Positions 32,753 through 32,944 of a DNA stretch of 32,944 nt are shown here, one piece after another. Every line of letters begins with the position of its first letter. Positions within the stretch are counted from its first letter, which is position 1. A program made the translations under genes and the position numbers. The notes beneath the pieces are model-generated. The model was not told the DNA's origin, did not search any database, and was given only the letters and a program-made list of their open reading frames with translations. Source of the stretch: Octopus bimaculoides (Eukaryota); contig NC_069008.1 in assembly GCF_001194135.2 (NCBI RefSeq), forward strand, positions 6,679,679 to 6,712,622, in the 5' to 3' direction.

Positions 32753-32944
32753 ATGGAGAACGTTAATCACTCGGACACTTGTAAGACGACTGTTTTTAAG
32801 AATGGAGATGCAGTTAGAATGACAGACAGAGATGAGAAAGCTGAAGACAAAAGTGTTCCTGAATATCACTGTGAGATTTATAGGAAGACATTCTCTTCAG
32901 AAGATGAAGTCTTGTCGCAGAAAGAAATACACGAGAAGGAAAAA
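32753..32944 (+). CDS. ZNF paralog E, 5' part (runs off the window)
   Basis: MENVNHSDTCKTTVFKNGDAVRMTDRDEKAEDKSVPEYHCEIYRKTFSSEDEVLSQKEIHEKEK; 189/192 nt identical to the start of gene A. Confidence 0.85.
   Translation, partial: MENVNHSDTCKTTVFKNGDAVRMTDRDEKAEDKSVPEYHCEIYRKTFSSEDEVLSQKEIHEKEK

Overview
Eukaryotic, AT-rich, repeat-dense draft-assembly window with many N gaps. It is most likely from an octopus/coleoid cephalopod; this is inferred from the SINE/RTE families and the TGEKPFHCEICGK-type finger arrays. The core is a cluster of paralogous tandem C2H2 zinc-finger (ZNF) genes with single-exon CDSs. Gene A (12019-13272, +) has 12 fingers and gene C (22945-24285, -) has 14. Gene D (~29810-30770, -) is 5'-truncated and frameshifted. 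Genes B (14421-14515, -) and E (32753-end, +) are seen only as 5' starts, and there are three orphan or pseudogenic 5' cassettes. The copies share a promoter/exon-1/short 5'UTR-intron cassette, recur as head-to-head inverted pairs, and A, C and D share a SINE-containing 3'UTR. Between them are decayed RTE, R2-clade and HERO-clade non-LTR elements, a Gypsy gag-pol, mariner and Helitron relics, SINEs, and a GGATCT-ended DNA transposon family with 8-bp target-site duplications (TSDs). The most notable signals are four. First, near-identical tandem fingers differ almost only at DNA-contacting residues. Second, an inverted SINE pair is conserved in two 3'UTRs and is a candidate dsRNA/ADAR substrate. 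Third, the cluster appears to grow by palindromic cassette duplication. Fourth, a 567-bp foldback MITE has its empty site visible in the window, along with a 29-bp micro-derivative. All alignments and counts were done by eye; many boundaries are approximate.
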